Shown: piece after piece, positions 20,901 through 30,087 of the stretch
Layout of the letters: every line of letters begins with the position of its first letter
How positions within the stretch are numbered: the first letter of the stretch is position 1
Assembly (NCBI GenBank): GCA_031962025.1
Contig: JAVRKW010000001.1
Origin: Pseudothermotoga sp.
Lineage (GTDB): Bacteria > Thermotogota > Thermotogae > Thermotogales > DSM-5069
DNA: 64,000 bases
Reading direction: 5' to 3' (one strand)
The notes under the pieces: generated by a model
What the model saw: only the letters and a program-made list of their open reading frames with translations
What the model was told of the DNA's origin: nothing
Databases searched by the model: none
Translations under genes and position numbers: made by a program

Positions 20901-21951
20901 GTTCAAGAACTGCCCTGAGCGATAAATCCATTTCATGGGCATCGTCAACAATTATCACAACAGAAGGCATATTGCTCAGGATTTTTGCAATTCTCAACAC
21001 AGCTTCTGAAGCATTTACCTGTTCAGATAAGGCTATTTTTTCAATCCATTTTTGATCCTGTTCATCGAGTTTTGAAAGCACTCTGTCATCTAAAAACTGG
21101 AGTATCCCGGTGATAAAACTTTGCAGATCTGTTGCCCAGATAACCGGGATATTTTCATTTCTGAGTTGATCAGACACAGAACCAAGAAGGGTTGTCTTTC
21201 CGATCCTCTGAGGTCCATAAACGAAAATTGTTTTCAGACGCTTTTCATGACTTCTCGCAGCTTCAATTACTTTATTTTCTTCAAGCCTGTGAATTGTCGT
21301 GAGTCGTAACCCCATCAAACCAGCTGGAGAAGTTACGTCACTCAGAAGGTAGATTGACGCAGGAAAATGTGTTCTTCTCTCATTTGGATCTTCTTTGATG
21401 AAACCAAGGACGAGTTGTTTCATTTCCTGAGAATCACTCAGAGCATCTATCAGCTTTCCAAAAACATAAACAGTTGAAGCAACTGAGATTTTCTGAGCTT
21501 TTAGAAACTCCGGTGCTACAAAGATGTACCTGCCCTGTGGTAAAAAGTCTGGATTAATCCAGCAGGGTGGAAGCATGAAGAAGTTTTCACTCTTGAGAAA
21601 ATCTTCGATTGAAACAACGGGAATGGCAATTCCCCTGTGTACGAACTCGCGCAGCAGGTTCAGCAAAAAAATCACAAAATTATTCCTTTCCGCTTTGTCA
21701 TTCAAATCGATGGGTCTGCCTTCAAGGTATGGAAAGTATATTTTTGGTACATCCTTCAAGTCATAAGCTTCAGGTACCAGGACTCCAGGATGTCTGATGC
21801 GCGAAAACAAAGCCAGCAGATTTGCTAATTCCTGTTTTTTACTGCCAACGGCTTGTGGTTTTACCACGCGCAATCTCATGTATGTGTTTTCATAAAGCAC
21901 TAAATGCTCATCTGCAATGTATGTTTCTCTGAGAAACTTAACTAATTTCAC
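17908..21951 (-). CDS. Multidomain diguanylate cyclase: degenerate Ser/Thr kinase, P-loop (STAND/AAA-like) NTPase, helical repeats, GGDEF
   Basis: HPGVL/APEFL/DPNERR kinase-fold remnants; GPQRIGKT, IIVDDAH, GLP; DPLTGL, DIDDFKKINDTFGH, RATD, GGEEF. Confidence 0.85.
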   Translation of the reverse strand: MKLVKFLRETYIADEHLVLYENTYMRLRVVKPQAVGSKKQELANLLALFSRIRHPGVLVPEAYDLKDVPKIYFPYLEGRPIDLNDKAERNNFVIFLLNLLREFVHRGIAIPVVSIEDFLKSENFFMLPPCWINPDFLPQGRYIFVAPEFLKAQKISVASTVYVFGKLIDALSDSQEMKQLVLGFIKEDPNERRTHFPASIYLLSDVTSPAGLMGLRLTTIHRLEENKVIEAARSHEKRLKTIFVYGPQRIGKTTLLGSVSDQLRNENIPVIWATDLQSFITGILQFLDDRVLSKLDEQDQKWIEKIALSEQVNASEAVLRIAKILSNMPSVVIIVDDAHEMDLSLRAVLEQLQNYKYTFGHTLILASSSRDIPLSHDLVVELEPFDLSKTVEMISTMFMTSKDAVEDFSRWIHIISRGLPGQIIELIRIMVKNNVLKVEENKIKIDQETLSKTDFKQILQPSVEKLVKSGAHLVAVLGERFSIQELEYLSQDIQKINSNLTELIDNGLVYWEDGKYRFITFDVWNLFYEKIEAGEKARLHSKLSAMIQDVVKKAWHLRMLGRKVSAAALYLLSARKELANYHDVSTVISLLEEVDKLLKDRESYALNSLKLKALQIKQDSNALERYALSLGKKYDFFRYSALVHASKVSLAKQLEKTELFESKTSYGKLSKLSCMMRRILLSGEKISEKLLDEVKILLADLKDTRLHKKLKSQIFLLIAQNAQRSSISNLELLNQAKQIAQAEGFLEILARILNELGVRLAASTEASRLMEQVIDIAHTIGSDGLAMTALSNMIWVNLYRGNINKMFHDLARLRQFVSITGNIESEAYSYFIEANFHMYNRELDDALEDFSRELSIERYLGIEERALRGIVCAYALSDSVDKARQVISENIENPAINNPIFVHFRDLFLAESDDEFFHAWQRFLKRDTPYWAEETCQIFAERLMKIDKDGFLKFAKQLETNAIKGGAFLSLAQVYEGISLAYKSIGAVPLAMNYAERAISIYRTRSFLNAALWFEKKMNLLHGKNALGILNELRSKLGESFEQPLKDIQEQLERTARNYAFVQDILDILKVTDPQDEIYTVMEFLVSKMMNLLPISSVGLALCDSHGKVLEYAGFNINQIPEQTKVSYTPFELCTEIEVYDGFKVVLYVANQSLHLDESSGYELTKMVLNLQEMVVYVLRNIIIYHRSITDPLTGLYTRWYFMTRLHEEFERVRRYGGNFSVVMCDIDDFKKINDTFGHRIGDEVLKFIASVLRSSTRATDIVGRYGGEEFILILPNTTEENAARVAEKILYQIIETNPFEFRVTMSFGTCGYPEHTVFEPEDLIALADKATYMSKERGKACVTIYH

Positions 21952-22918
21952 CAGATTTCCCCCTTAAAAAATCTTTCACCAACCCCACAACTTCGGTCAG
22001 AACATTCTCAAGCTGTGTATTTTTGAAAGAACACCCAGCTGCCCTCGCATGTCCTCCACCGCCCAGAATAGATGCCACCTTACTCACATCCAACCAGTTT
22101 TTTGACCTCAAACTGACATGTATTTCACCTTTGGGAAATTCATTTATCAAAATCGCAACCTCGATATCTTTCAGTGATCTCATCTCACCAACAAACCCTG
22201 TGCTGTCATCTTCAACACAGTTATTCTCAAGATAGTCTTCATAACTCAACCACGAGTAAACCAACTGACCTTCCACAACCATATGGTTGACCATGGTACA
22301 GTACAATTTCACTTGTTCTGGTCTTTTGTTCTCAAGTATTGTGGAAGCGACAAAATATGGTTTAGCACCGTGCTGAACGAGCTCAGCCGCATCTTTGAAA
22401 ACCCGTTCGTCTGTATTTGAAAATCTGAAAAACCCCGAATCGGTTGCTATGCCAAGAAAGTTTGTTGTCGCAATTTCTTCATCGTACACAACGCCGAGTG
22501 CTTTATTCAGAGTATACACCATCTGAGCAGTGGCAGCGTATGACGCATCAACCCAATTTGTATCACCAAAAAGGGTATTCGTAGCATGGTGATCTATGAC
22601 AACGGTTTTGTATTGTGAGAGCATTGCTTGAAAACGACCGACTCTGTCTGGTGAAGAACTATCCACAACAATGACCAGCTCGGGTACAAAGTCTTTAACA
22701 GCTTCATACGGTTTCAGCTCGTTCACTCCTGCAAAAACTCTGTAGTATTCAGGTATTGCATAATCTATCGATCCAAGACAATTTTTGCCTAATTGTTTTA
22801 ACCCCAAAATCAATGATGCAACACTGCTTATATCATCTCCATCTGGCATGATATGTCCCACCACGAGTATATCCTGTGACTGGCTTATCTGTGATACTAT
22901 CGAAACGACTCTGTTCAT
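21938..22918 (-). CDS. nrnA: DHH/DHHA1 phosphoesterase (NrnA/standalone PDE-like)
   Basis: HIMPDGDD, VVD, IDHH, TDSG, SLRS, GGGGHARAAG. Confidence 0.9.
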   Translation of the reverse strand: MNRVVSIVSQISQSQDILVVGHIMPDGDDISSVASLILGLKQLGKNCLGSIDYAIPEYYRVFAGVNELKPYEAVKDFVPELVIVVDSSSPDRVGRFQAMLSQYKTVVIDHHATNTLFGDTNWVDASYAATAQMVYTLNKALGVVYDEEIATTNFLGIATDSGFFRFSNTDERVFKDAAELVQHGAKPYFVASTILENKRPEQVKLYCTMVNHMVVEGQLVYSWLSYEDYLENNCVEDDSTGFVGEMRSLKDIEVAILINEFPKGEIHVSLRSKNWLDVSKVASILGGGGHARAAGCSFKNTQLENVLTEVVGLVKDFLRGKSGEIS

Positions 22919-22921
22919 AAC

Positions 22922-23512
22922 TCACCCACCCTGTACCCATTTAGACAGGTATTCTTTCACTTGTTTTTCATCGTGCAAACGTTTTGTCGATGGATCAAAA
23001 GTGACATACAGGTCTGATCCCAGATACAGCGTTGGGACGACATTCAAAGAAGGTGAAAAGGCATTTGGATCGTAATGAACCCCAACTATTTTTCCAACGA
23101 AAAAGGTGTGGTCTCCAGTTTTACGAAAATCGACGAGTTTACATTCGTAAGCCGCATAGGCATTCTTCAGTACAGGTGCCTTCACGTTTCTACCGTCGAG
23201 CAAATCTATTTCAAACACGTTGATTTTATCTATGTCCCTGCCAGATGTTTTACCAACAAAGGCTGCTAAACGGCTTTGATCAAATCTGAGAAAATTGACT
23301 GTGAACTCCTTTGAAACCAGCACCAGATCATGAGTAAATCTCTTTGGAGAGACCGATACGCCATAAAGCGGAGGATCATGTGAAAGTTGCGTATGCCAGG
23401 CTGCAGCCATGAGATTAGTTCTTTCCTCGTATCTACAGCAAATGATTGCGACATTTGCTGGGTAGTGAAGGTTGTATTTTTCCATGTTTTCCAAAAAGAC
23501 CATCTCACTCAC
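22922..23512 (-). CDS. Flavin reductase-like (flavoredoxin family) protein
   Basis: NLMAAAW, EFTVN, GKTSGRDIDK, YECK, GDHTFFVG. Confidence 0.88.
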   Translation of the reverse strand: MSEMVFLENMEKYNLHYPANVAIICCRYEERTNLMAAAWHTQLSHDPPLYGVSVSPKRFTHDLVLVSKEFTVNFLRFDQSRLAAFVGKTSGRDIDKINVFEIDLLDGRNVKAPVLKNAYAAYECKLVDFRKTGDHTFFVGKIVGVHYDPNAFSPSLNVVPTLYLGSDLYVTFDPSTKRLHDEKQVKEYLSKWVQGG

Positions 23513-24626
23513 CCCCAGTCACCCGTAAAAGGGTATTTTTATCGATTATCTCTGATAAGAGAGTACACGAAAAATCCATCCCGGACTTGGACATTTTCAA
23601 TTTGCCTTTATCCAGGATTAATTGATCTGGAAACATCTGGACTAATTTGTGTACATCTATCTCTGGTAGTAGTTTTTTCAGCCTGTAGACATCTACACCG
23701 TCACAGAGCCTCAAAGACATGAACAACGTTTCTCTTAGCTCTTCAAGTGAGTCATTTTCATGAAAGTATTCAAAAGCAAATTTTTCTTTATTGACAGATT
23801 CAATGTATTTTTGAAGGCTTGAAACATTTACATACCTTTTTGATCCTACATGTCCACCGGCAGATACACCGATACCAATGTAATCGTCGTTGTGCCAGTA
23901 TTTCAGGTTGTGTTTGCATCTATATCCAGGCAGAGAAAAATTGGATATTTCGTACCTCTCATACCCGAGTTTTTCAAGTTCATTTACAAAAATATCATGG
24001 TGAATTGCGGTGATATCCTGATCCGTTTGTGAAGAAATCTGATTTTCATCGTGCACTTCCAGAACATAGACAGAAACGTGTTTTGGATGGTAACGTTCGA
24101 TTATACTCAGATTTTCTACAATGGTGTGGCTATTTTCCCGTGGCAATCCAACGATGAAATCAACATTCACGTTGTCAAAATAATTAATGGCATTTTCATA
24201 AGCTCTATTGAAATCAGCAACGGAATGTCTTCGATTCACAGCCCTAAGAACGCTGTCATCGGCAGCCTGAAGCCCTATACTCAATCTGTTTATACCCAGA
24301 TTTTTAAGATCGGCAAAAGAGGAAAAATTGGGGTTTATCTCAATTGTAATCTCAGGATCAATCAGATAGAAATTTTTCTCCACAGTGGTCAAAATTTCTG
24401 AGATATACTCAATCGGTACATCACTCGGCGTACCACCACCGATGTACACTGTATCGATTTTTCTTTTTCCAATTGACTCAGACCACATTCTGATCTCCTT
24501 GCATACACAGTTGAAGTAATCCTCTAAGTATGAAAAATCCGTATATGAGACAAAATCACAGTAAAGACATCTACTTTTGCAGAACGGTATGTGCACATAA
24601 AGTCCAAGATTTTCAGAACGAGACAC
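23505..24626 (-). CDS. hemW: Radical SAM heme chaperone HemW (HemN-like)
   Basis: LYVHIPFCKSRCLYCDF, YIGGGTPS, YEISNF, HNLKYW. Confidence 0.88.
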   Translation of the reverse strand: MSRSENLGLYVHIPFCKSRCLYCDFVSYTDFSYLEDYFNCVCKEIRMWSESIGKRKIDTVYIGGGTPSDVPIEYISEILTTVEKNFYLIDPEITIEINPNFSSFADLKNLGINRLSIGLQAADDSVLRAVNRRHSVADFNRAYENAINYFDNVNVDFIVGLPRENSHTIVENLSIIERYHPKHVSVYVLEVHDENQISSQTDQDITAIHHDIFVNELEKLGYERYEISNFSLPGYRCKHNLKYWHNDDYIGIGVSAGGHVGSKRYVNVSSLQKYIESVNKEKFAFEYFHENDSLEELRETLFMSLRLCDGVDVYRLKKLLPEIDVHKLVQMFPDQLILDKGKLKMSKSGMDFSCTLLSEIIDKNTLLRVTGGE

Positions 24627-25371
24627 TCAAAAGCACCTGCCTGTCAGTGAACAGTAAGTCGCCTTTGATACTCGAATCTATCAGCTCCATTCTGATACCA
24701 AAAGACACAGAATCAACTTTGATGATGATAAACGGATCTACGAAAATTGAAGCATTCTGAAAAACCCACCGACTTCTGAAAGAGAAAAAGCCAGAGAAAC
24801 CATTCATCCAGCCAGCACCCATGAAAAAGCCTTCTTCACCCGTCTGTCCCTTGGTATATGGGAAGAAACCCGCAAAAAGCCCTTCATTCAGCCTATATGC
24901 CCCGATTTCCCTGTTTTGAAATCTCATGTAGATTCTTGAAAATCCAGCAGATAGATCACCGATTCTTTCGTAAGTGCTGAAACTCAAAACATTGTTGGCG
25001 AAGAAAAATTTCTGGTTGATCTTCCAGTTGGCATAACTTTTCTGCGGACTGACTACAAAATCAAAACTATACTGTCCCGGTGTTATACCATAGACATTTG
25101 TTTCAACTCTCATTAAGGCTGTCCAGGAATTTCCAAATGTACCACCGATAGCCAGCGATGCATCTGCGTTTTTGAATCTCAAAAAGCCAAGTTTTGTGTA
25201 ACTTGATCTATCATTTTTGTAGACAAACCCCACTTGTGAGTCGTTTTTTTCAAGATTGATGAGAAGGTTCCCAACATCTATAAAATGTTGTATGTCGTTT
25301 GACAGATTGAACTGAACTGCAAAACAAATCGATGCTGTAAATAAAATCAGTCCGATTAGCATGCGCTTCAA
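24613..25371 (-). CDS. Exported hypothetical protein, candidate outer-membrane beta-barrel
   Basis: Signal peptide, aromatic/Gly-rich alternating strands, C-terminal LLSVSF. Confidence 0.5.
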   Translation of the reverse strand: MKRMLIGLILFTASICFAVQFNLSNDIQHFIDVGNLLINLEKNDSQVGFVYKNDRSSYTKLGFLRFKNADASLAIGGTFGNSWTALMRVETNVYGITPGQYSFDFVVSPQKSYANWKINQKFFFANNVLSFSTYERIGDLSAGFSRIYMRFQNREIGAYRLNEGLFAGFFPYTKGQTGEEGFFMGAGWMNGFSGFFSFRSRWVFQNASIFVDPFIIIKVDSVSFGIRMELIDSSIKGDLLFTDRQVLLSVSF

Positions 25372-26813
25372 GTTGATCCCTCCAGCAAACGCTTTGCAAT
25401 TTCATTCACCAACTGCGGATTTGCAGATCCTTTCGTCTCTTTCATCACCTGTCCCACGAAATAACCGATGATACTCGTTTTTCCTGATCTGTACTGCTCC
25501 ACCGCTTTTGGATTCTGCTCCATTGCTTTTTTGATGATTTGTTCTATGAATTTCTCATCGCTGATCTGTTTGATACCTTTTTCTTTCAATACCTGACTTG
25601 GCATTTTGCCGGTTTTGAAGACTTCGGGAAAAATATCTTTTGCCATTTTAATGGAAATTTCACCCTTATCCATGAGTGAAAACAATTCAGAAATGTGCAA
25701 AGGCGTTATGTTTATCCGCTCGGTTTCAAGCTGTTTCATTTCTCTGAGCATCTCGGTCATTATCCAGTTACTTGTTTCTTTTGGTTTACCGGTCTGTTTC
25801 ACACACTCTTCATAAAAATCTGCTATTTCTTTGTTCATTGCCAGAACTGTTGCGTCATACCTTGGTATTTTGTAGCATTCAACGAATCGTTCTATTTTTT
25901 GATCTGGTAGTTCAACAAGAGATGATCTTATGTGTTCAATTCTTTCTTTTGAAAGAATCACTGGAGGGATATCCGGCTCTGGAAAATATCTGTAATCACT
26001 TTCTTCTTCCTTACCGCGCATTGAGATTGTCGATTTACTTGTCAGATCCCATCCTCTGGTTTCTTTTTCAACGTTTTTTCCAGCTCTCAGAGCATCGATT
26101 ATTCTCTGTTCTTCGTACTCAAGAGCTTTTTCTATGAATTTGAAAGAGTTCATGTTTTTAACCTCTACTCTGTTGCTCTGAAGTTTGTTGAGTTCATCAA
26201 CAACGGAGATATTTGCATCACATCTGAGCGCACCCTTTTCCATATCACCGGTGCTGACCTCCAGATACCGCAGTATCGTACGGAGTTTCTCTGTGAACAA
26301 CCTTGCCTCTTTTGGTGATGAAAGATCAGGTTCGGTGACTATTTCTACCAGCGGTATACCGCAGCGATTCATGTCTACCAAGGTATATTGAGCCTCGGTT
26401 ATCGAGTCTCCTTCGTGGATCAACTTACCGGCATCTTCCTCTATGTGCAACCTTCTGATTCTCACTCTTTTTATCTGACCATCCACATCTATATCCAAAT
26501 ATCCAGATGTTGCTATGGGATAGAAATACTGCGTTATCTGATAACCTTTTGGTAAATCCGGGTAGAAATAGTTTTTTCTGTCAAACCTTGAATATTCATG
26601 AACGTCACAGTTCAAGGCAAGGGCAATTTTTACCGCATAATCTATCATCGAGGAATTGACAATGGGCAACGCGCCGGGCTGACCTGTACAAACCGGACAT
26701 ATAGCTGTATTGGGCGGCAGTTCAAAAACATCTGCCCGACAGGAACAAAATGCCTTCGTTTTGGTCATCAATTGAACGTGTATTTCAAGACCAATAACAG
26801 TTCTGTAACTCAT
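25368..26813 (-). CDS. gatB: Asp/Glu-tRNA amidotransferase subunit B
   Basis: [45 protein letters not shown]. Confidence 0.98.
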   Translation of the reverse strand: MSYRTVIGLEIHVQLMTKTKAFCSCRADVFELPPNTAICPVCTGQPGALPIVNSSMIDYAVKIALALNCDVHEYSRFDRKNYFYPDLPKGYQITQYFYPIATSGYLDIDVDGQIKRVRIRRLHIEEDAGKLIHEGDSITEAQYTLVDMNRCGIPLVEIVTEPDLSSPKEARLFTEKLRTILRYLEVSTGDMEKGALRCDANISVVDELNKLQSNRVEVKNMNSFKFIEKALEYEEQRIIDALRAGKNVEKETRGWDLTSKSTISMRGKEEESDYRYFPEPDIPPVILSKERIEHIRSSLVELPDQKIERFVECYKIPRYDATVLAMNKEIADFYEECVKQTGKPKETSNWIMTEMLREMKQLETERINITPLHISELFSLMDKGEISIKMAKDIFPEVFKTGKMPSQVLKEKGIKQISDEKFIEQIIKKAMEQNPKAVEQYRSGKTSIIGYFVGQVMKETKGSANPQLVNEIAKRLLEGST

Positions 26814-28237
26814 ATTCTCACCACCGCCAAAGGGATCCTACCGTTGTCGTTGTATGGAGATCTTTTTTCGAAATTCCTTGCAATCCGCAGGACCTTCCCA
26901 TCCTCGAATCTCTTACCCATTATTTGTAATCCCACAGGCATATCGTGTGCAAAGCCAAAGGGAATACTTATAGCGGGAATTCCAACCAGATTTGCCGGAA
27001 CTGTGAAGATGTCCATCAGATAGTAAGTCAATGGATCTGAAACAGAGCCGATCTTGAAAGCCGTAACAGGTGATGTGGGAGTGAGAATGGCATCGTATTC
27101 GTTTAGAATCTGATTCATATCATTTGAAAGTATTCTTCTCACCTTCAGAGCTTTGTTGAAGTAAGCTTCGTAATAAGCCGCGCTCAAAGTAAAGGTACCA
27201 AGTACGATCCTTCTTCTCACTTCTTCTCCAAAACCCACATTTCGAGTTTTCATGTAGGTACCTCTTAGACCTGTTTCTTCTATCCTCAAACCGTATTTCA
27301 CACCATCGTATCTTGCCAGATTTGAACTTGCTTCGGCTGGTGCTATCACGTAGTAAGTTGCAACGGCATATTTCATGCTGGCAATACGTACACGTTCAAC
27401 TGTCGCTCCAAGTTTTTCAGCGATTTTTATGGCTTCCTCAAATCTTTCAGCCACAGAACCATCTAACTGTTCATACTCATAGACTTCTTTTGGTACAGCA
27501 AATTTCATTCCCCTGATGTCTTCTTCGATTTGGCTTAGAAAATCTACTTTTTTTGAAACAGTCGTCGAGTCAAAAGGATCTTTGCCTGAAATTATCTCCA
27601 TTATCAGAGCGGCATCTCGAACCGATTTTGTTATTGGACCAATCTGATCCAGAGAAGATGCGAAGGCAATCAATCCATACCTTGAAACCAGTCCATAAGT
27701 CGGTTTGAAACCCACCACACCGCAAAAAGACGCCGGCTGTCTCACCGATCCACCTGTGTCGCTTCCCAGAGCAGCGATAACCTGTCCACTTGCAACTGCT
27801 GCTGCAGATCCACCGCTACTTCCACCTGGCACGCAGTCGATATTCCATGGGTTTCGCGTTGCAAAGAAAGCTGATCTCTCAGTACTTGAACCCATTGCAA
27901 ATTCATCCATGTTTGTCTTTCCAACAATTGCAAAACCGTAATCTTTTAATCTTTTGACACATGTTGCATCGTAAGGTGGAATGTAATTCTCAAGTATTCT
28001 TGAAGCACAGGTTGTCTTCAAACCCTTCGTCGTGATGTTGTCTTTTATGGCAATTGGGATCCCCCTATATGGTCCATCGTTGATCTGCACTTTTTCTGCA
28101 ACGGTTATGAAACTCTTTATTACTGGATCAATTGATCGTATTTTTTCAAAAGATTGCTCTATTAACTCTTCTCTGTTCGAATTCAGGCAATCCTCAATTG
28201 TCATTTTTTCGAACAATTCGAACTCCTCCTTTGTCAA
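26810..28237 (-). CDS. gatA: Asp/Glu-tRNA amidotransferase subunit A
   Basis: [37 protein letters not shown]. Confidence 0.97.
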   Translation of the reverse strand: MTKEEFELFEKMTIEDCLNSNREELIEQSFEKIRSIDPVIKSFITVAEKVQINDGPYRGIPIAIKDNITTKGLKTTCASRILENYIPPYDATCVKRLKDYGFAIVGKTNMDEFAMGSSTERSAFFATRNPWNIDCVPGGSSGGSAAAVASGQVIAALGSDTGGSVRQPASFCGVVGFKPTYGLVSRYGLIAFASSLDQIGPITKSVRDAALIMEIISGKDPFDSTTVSKKVDFLSQIEEDIRGMKFAVPKEVYEYEQLDGSVAERFEEAIKIAEKLGATVERVRIASMKYAVATYYVIAPAEASSNLARYDGVKYGLRIEETGLRGTYMKTRNVGFGEEVRRRIVLGTFTLSAAYYEAYFNKALKVRRILSNDMNQILNEYDAILTPTSPVTAFKIGSVSDPLTYYLMDIFTVPANLVGIPAISIPFGFAHDMPVGLQIMGKRFEDGKVLRIARNFEKRSPYNDNGRIPLAVVRI

Positions 28238-28917
28238 TATCTTCTTCTGAAAAATCCCCAGATCATCCCGATGACAAACCCGCCTGCGTGTGCCCAGTAA
28301 GCCACTCCTGAATTCACAACACTGTCTGCGATACCGCTTATTATTTGAAAGACAAACCAGACAAAAAGGTATACCGCAGCCGGTATTGCAACCAAAAATG
28401 GAAGGAAAAACGTTGGAACAAATGAAATGACACGAGAATATGGGAACAGAACATAATATGCTCCCGTCACCGCAGAAATGGCACCAGAAGCTCCAACCAT
28501 TGGTACCTGTGAATTGAGATTGAAAAGAAAATGCACCAGGGCGGCAAAGACACCGCTTGAAAGATAGAAAATGATGAATTTAGTATGTCCCATGTTGTCT
28601 TCAACATTATCGCCGAAAACCCAGAGAAACCACATATTTCCAATCAGATGTGACCATCCTCCGTGTAAAAACATGTGACTGATGAAAGAAAACCATTTTG
28701 GTGAGTAAAAATTCAATCCAGTTCTCAGATGCCAGATTTGACTCCATCGCTGTGATGTTATCCGGGCAGGTACGAGTCCAAAATTGTATAGAAACTGAAT
28801 CAACTCTGCCCGTGAAAGGGTCTGTTGATAGATGAAAAAGACGATATTGACCAAGATCAAAATATACACGACATATGGCTTTTTTCTGCTCGGTACAGTA
28901 TCATATAATGGAAACAA
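28234..28917 (-). CDS. Rhomboid family intramembrane serine protease
   Basis: MFLHGGWSHLIGNM, GASG, AYWAHAGG; TTG start (FPLYD) after AAGGAG. Confidence 0.92.
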   Translation of the reverse strand: MFPLYDTVPSRKKPYVVYILILVNIVFFIYQQTLSRAELIQFLYNFGLVPARITSQRWSQIWHLRTGLNFYSPKWFSFISHMFLHGGWSHLIGNMWFLWVFGDNVEDNMGHTKFIIFYLSSGVFAALVHFLFNLNSQVPMVGASGAISAVTGAYYVLFPYSRVISFVPTFFLPFLVAIPAAVYLFVWFVFQIISGIADSVVNSGVAYWAHAGGFVIGMIWGFFRRRY

Positions 28918-28969
28918 AGAATCACTCCTTACAGCAAACTCTTTTATTTTCTTATATTTTCTTATTTTA

Positions 28970-30019
28970 TCACAAAACCTCATCGATGATTCCAGCGGCA
29001 AGTACCTTCTCATCTTCGTAAAAAACTGCCACCTGTCCTGGTGTCACAGCAAAAATGGGTACATCGGCTTTCACGGTGGCTGAAAAGTCTTTGACAATTA
29101 CCGTGCACTGGACCTCCTGTGAATTTTTCCTCACTTTAACAGTGCAGGAAAATCTATCACCAAGATCAGCCAGAATATTCAGATCTTTGACAGAAAACGT
29201 ATCTGCATAGACATCTTTTTCATCTCCTACAATCAGTGCATTTTCTTTTGCACATATTCTGATCACGTATTTCCTTTCACCGGTGGAAATACCTATCTTT
29301 CTTTGACCAATCGTGTAATTTACAAGTCCATTGTGCTCACCAATCTTTTTTCCTTTTTTATCAAAAATGGGTCCGGGTCTTGGAGTAAAACCGTGTTCTT
29401 GGAAGAAACACAGTTGATCTGAATCTGGAATAAAGCATAGATCCTGGGATTCACTTTTGTTGTGAACGTGAATATCTGCTTTTTTTGCAATTTCTCTTAT
29501 TTCATCTTTCGTTTTATCTCCGTTCGGGAAAACGATTTTCTTGAGCCTTTCTCTGTCTATAGATGAAAGAAAATAAGATTGATCTTTTTCCTTGCTCACT
29601 GCTTTGTATAAATTACCATTGATCACTCTGGCATAGTGACCACTCGAGACGGCATCGACACCATCTTGAAGCATCAAATCCATCATATATCCAAACTTTA
29701 TCAAACGATTGCACATGTAACAGGGATTTGGCGTCCTTCCAAGTTCGTATTCTTTGAGATAATAATCGATGATCGATTTTTTGAAAATATCCTGCAAGTT
29801 TATTATCTTCAACGGGACTTTGAGCCTTTGAGCTATCATCTGTGCATCAAAGGTGTCAGACGGTGAACAGCAGACTTTGTGTTTTATTTGTTTTTGCACG
29901 TAAAATTCATCGTACATCGTTTTCATGTGATATGCTGTCACTTCATGTCCCTGTTTCTGCAGCGTATACAGTGCAACTGCGCTGTCAACACCTCCGCTGA
30001 GTAAAACACCTATTTTCAA
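28970..30019 (-). CDS. mnmA: tRNA 2-thiouridine(34) synthase
   Basis: SGGVDS PP-loop, TPNPCYMCN, GHYAR, KDQSYFL, ESQDLCF, PGQ; TTG start at 30019. Confidence 0.96.
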   Translation of the reverse strand: MKIGVLLSGGVDSAVALYTLQKQGHEVTAYHMKTMYDEFYVQKQIKHKVCCSPSDTFDAQMIAQRLKVPLKIINLQDIFKKSIIDYYLKEYELGRTPNPCYMCNRLIKFGYMMDLMLQDGVDAVSSGHYARVINGNLYKAVSKEKDQSYFLSSIDRERLKKIVFPNGDKTKDEIREIAKKADIHVHNKSESQDLCFIPDSDQLCFFQEHGFTPRPGPIFDKKGKKIGEHNGLVNYTIGQRKIGISTGERKYVIRICAKENALIVGDEKDVYADTFSVKDLNILADLGDRFSCTVKVRKNSQEVQCTVIVKDFSATVKADVPIFAVTPGQVAVFYEDEKVLAAGIIDEVL

Positions 30020-30087
30020 GCCATCACCATCCTTCTTATGTACAAAATGTGCTATAATCAATTTACACTGTCTTAAGGAGAATATAC

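Noticed and set aside
15044..22918. Reading the STAND-cyclase, nuclease and lipase genes as an Avs/CBASS-like antiphage system
   Set aside because: Embedded in a housekeeping operon, the neighbours are ordinary RNase R and NrnA-like genes, the cyclase is a canonical GGDEF, and there is no defence-island context; kept only as a signalling hypothesis
25368..28237. gatA and gatB without an adjacent gatC
   Set aside because: The rhomboid gene overlaps gatA, leaving no room for gatC, but gatC is often encoded separately; absence from this window says little
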